From Candidatus Dormiibacterota bacterium (GTDB lineage: Bacteria; Chloroflexota; Dormibacteria; Aeolococcales; Aeolococcaceae), in the NCBI GenBank assembly GCA_963756075.1, contig CAVWMH010000006.1, forward strand, positions 51,845-115,844: a stretch of DNA of 64,000 bases. The letters are read 5' to 3'. The notes below the pieces were generated by a model. The model saw only the letters and a program-made list of their open reading frames with translations, had not been told where the DNA came from and did no database searches. A program made the position numbers and the translations under genes. Shown piece after piece: positions 63,592-64,000 of this stretch (position 1 is the first letter of the stretch; every line of letters begins with the position of its first letter).

Positions 63592-64000
63592 TCACTGATC
63601 GAAGTCGATGACCACCGTTGGCGTGGTGGGATGCGACTGGCAGGCGAGCACGAATCCCGCGTCGATCTCCCGTTGCTCCAGCGCGAAATGCTGGTCCATC
63701 TCGACGCTGCCGCTGATCAGCTTCGCGCGGCAGGTGCCGCAGACGCCGCCCTTGCACGCGTAAGGCGCGTCGGAGCGAACGCGCAAGGCGGCGTCGAGGA
63801 TCCGCTCGCCGTCCAGGGGGACGGCGAAGGTCGAGCTGCGCCCGTCGAGAATGATCGTGACCTCGGACGCTCCTGCGATCTGGGTTGTGGCGGCGAGCTC
63901 CTCGGCCGTGCGCGCCGGGCGGGGCGCACCCTCTGCGTGGAACAGCTCGGCGTGCACGTGGTCCGCGTCAACGCCGCGTTCGAGCAGGACGGCTCGCGCC
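63592..64000 (-). CDS. paaE: Phenylacetyl-CoA epoxidase reductase subunit PaaE (3' part; truncated by the window edge)
   Basis: HAELF; 2Fe-2S motif PYACKGGVCGTC...LACQ; paa context. Confidence 0.85.
   Translation of the reverse strand, partial: ARAVLLERGVDADHVHAELFHAEGAPRPARTAEELAATTQIAGASEVTIILDGRSSTFAVPLDGERILDAALRVRSDAPYACKGGVCGTCRAKLISGSVEMDQHFALEQREIDAGFVLACQSHPTTPTVVIDFDQ

Overview
This is a very GC-rich, densely coding bacterial window. Gene content, lipoproteins and many leaderless genes suggest a monoderm soil lineage (Actinomycetota-, Chloroflexota- or Dormibacterota-like), but taxonomy cannot be established from the window. I found no rRNA, tRNA, CRISPR array, transposase or phage genes. 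About 60 CDS are present. They include IolB plus a transaldolase-family gene, orn, an MFS/TetR pair, two large BTAD/SARP-NTPase-TPR regulators, a SnoaL-kinase-methyltransferase operon and a BNR beta-propeller/ubiquitin-like (MoaD/ThiS) pair. Further along are a cytoplasmic Mo-oxidoreductase/FNR/Cys-rich operon, an AKR-kinase-HAD fusion, a large secreted PQQ-propeller protein, a DrrAB-like ABC exporter, a GGDEF protein, ftsH, a DAHP synthase-chorismate mutase fusion, gltBD, a GT2/GH8 glucan module and xfp-ackA. The window ends in a phenylacetate (paa) cluster joined to a 2-oxoacid dehydrogenase and an aminotransferase. At least ten genes carry isolated 1-nt frameshifts, most likely long-read assembly errors. 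The most interesting signals are: (i) matching SARP-type 11-bp-phased repeats with -10 boxes that define a self-contained regulon around the first BTAD regulator; (ii) three unannotated, highly structured non-coding elements (after the Ubl operon, in the GGDEF leader and in the DAHP synthase leader); (iii) the propeller/Ubl pair, the AKR-kinase-HAD fusion and the Mo-enzyme operon, all of unknown function; (iv) a possible direct Phe to phenylpyruvate to phenylacetyl-CoA route. Family names come from recognising motifs by eye, not from database searches.
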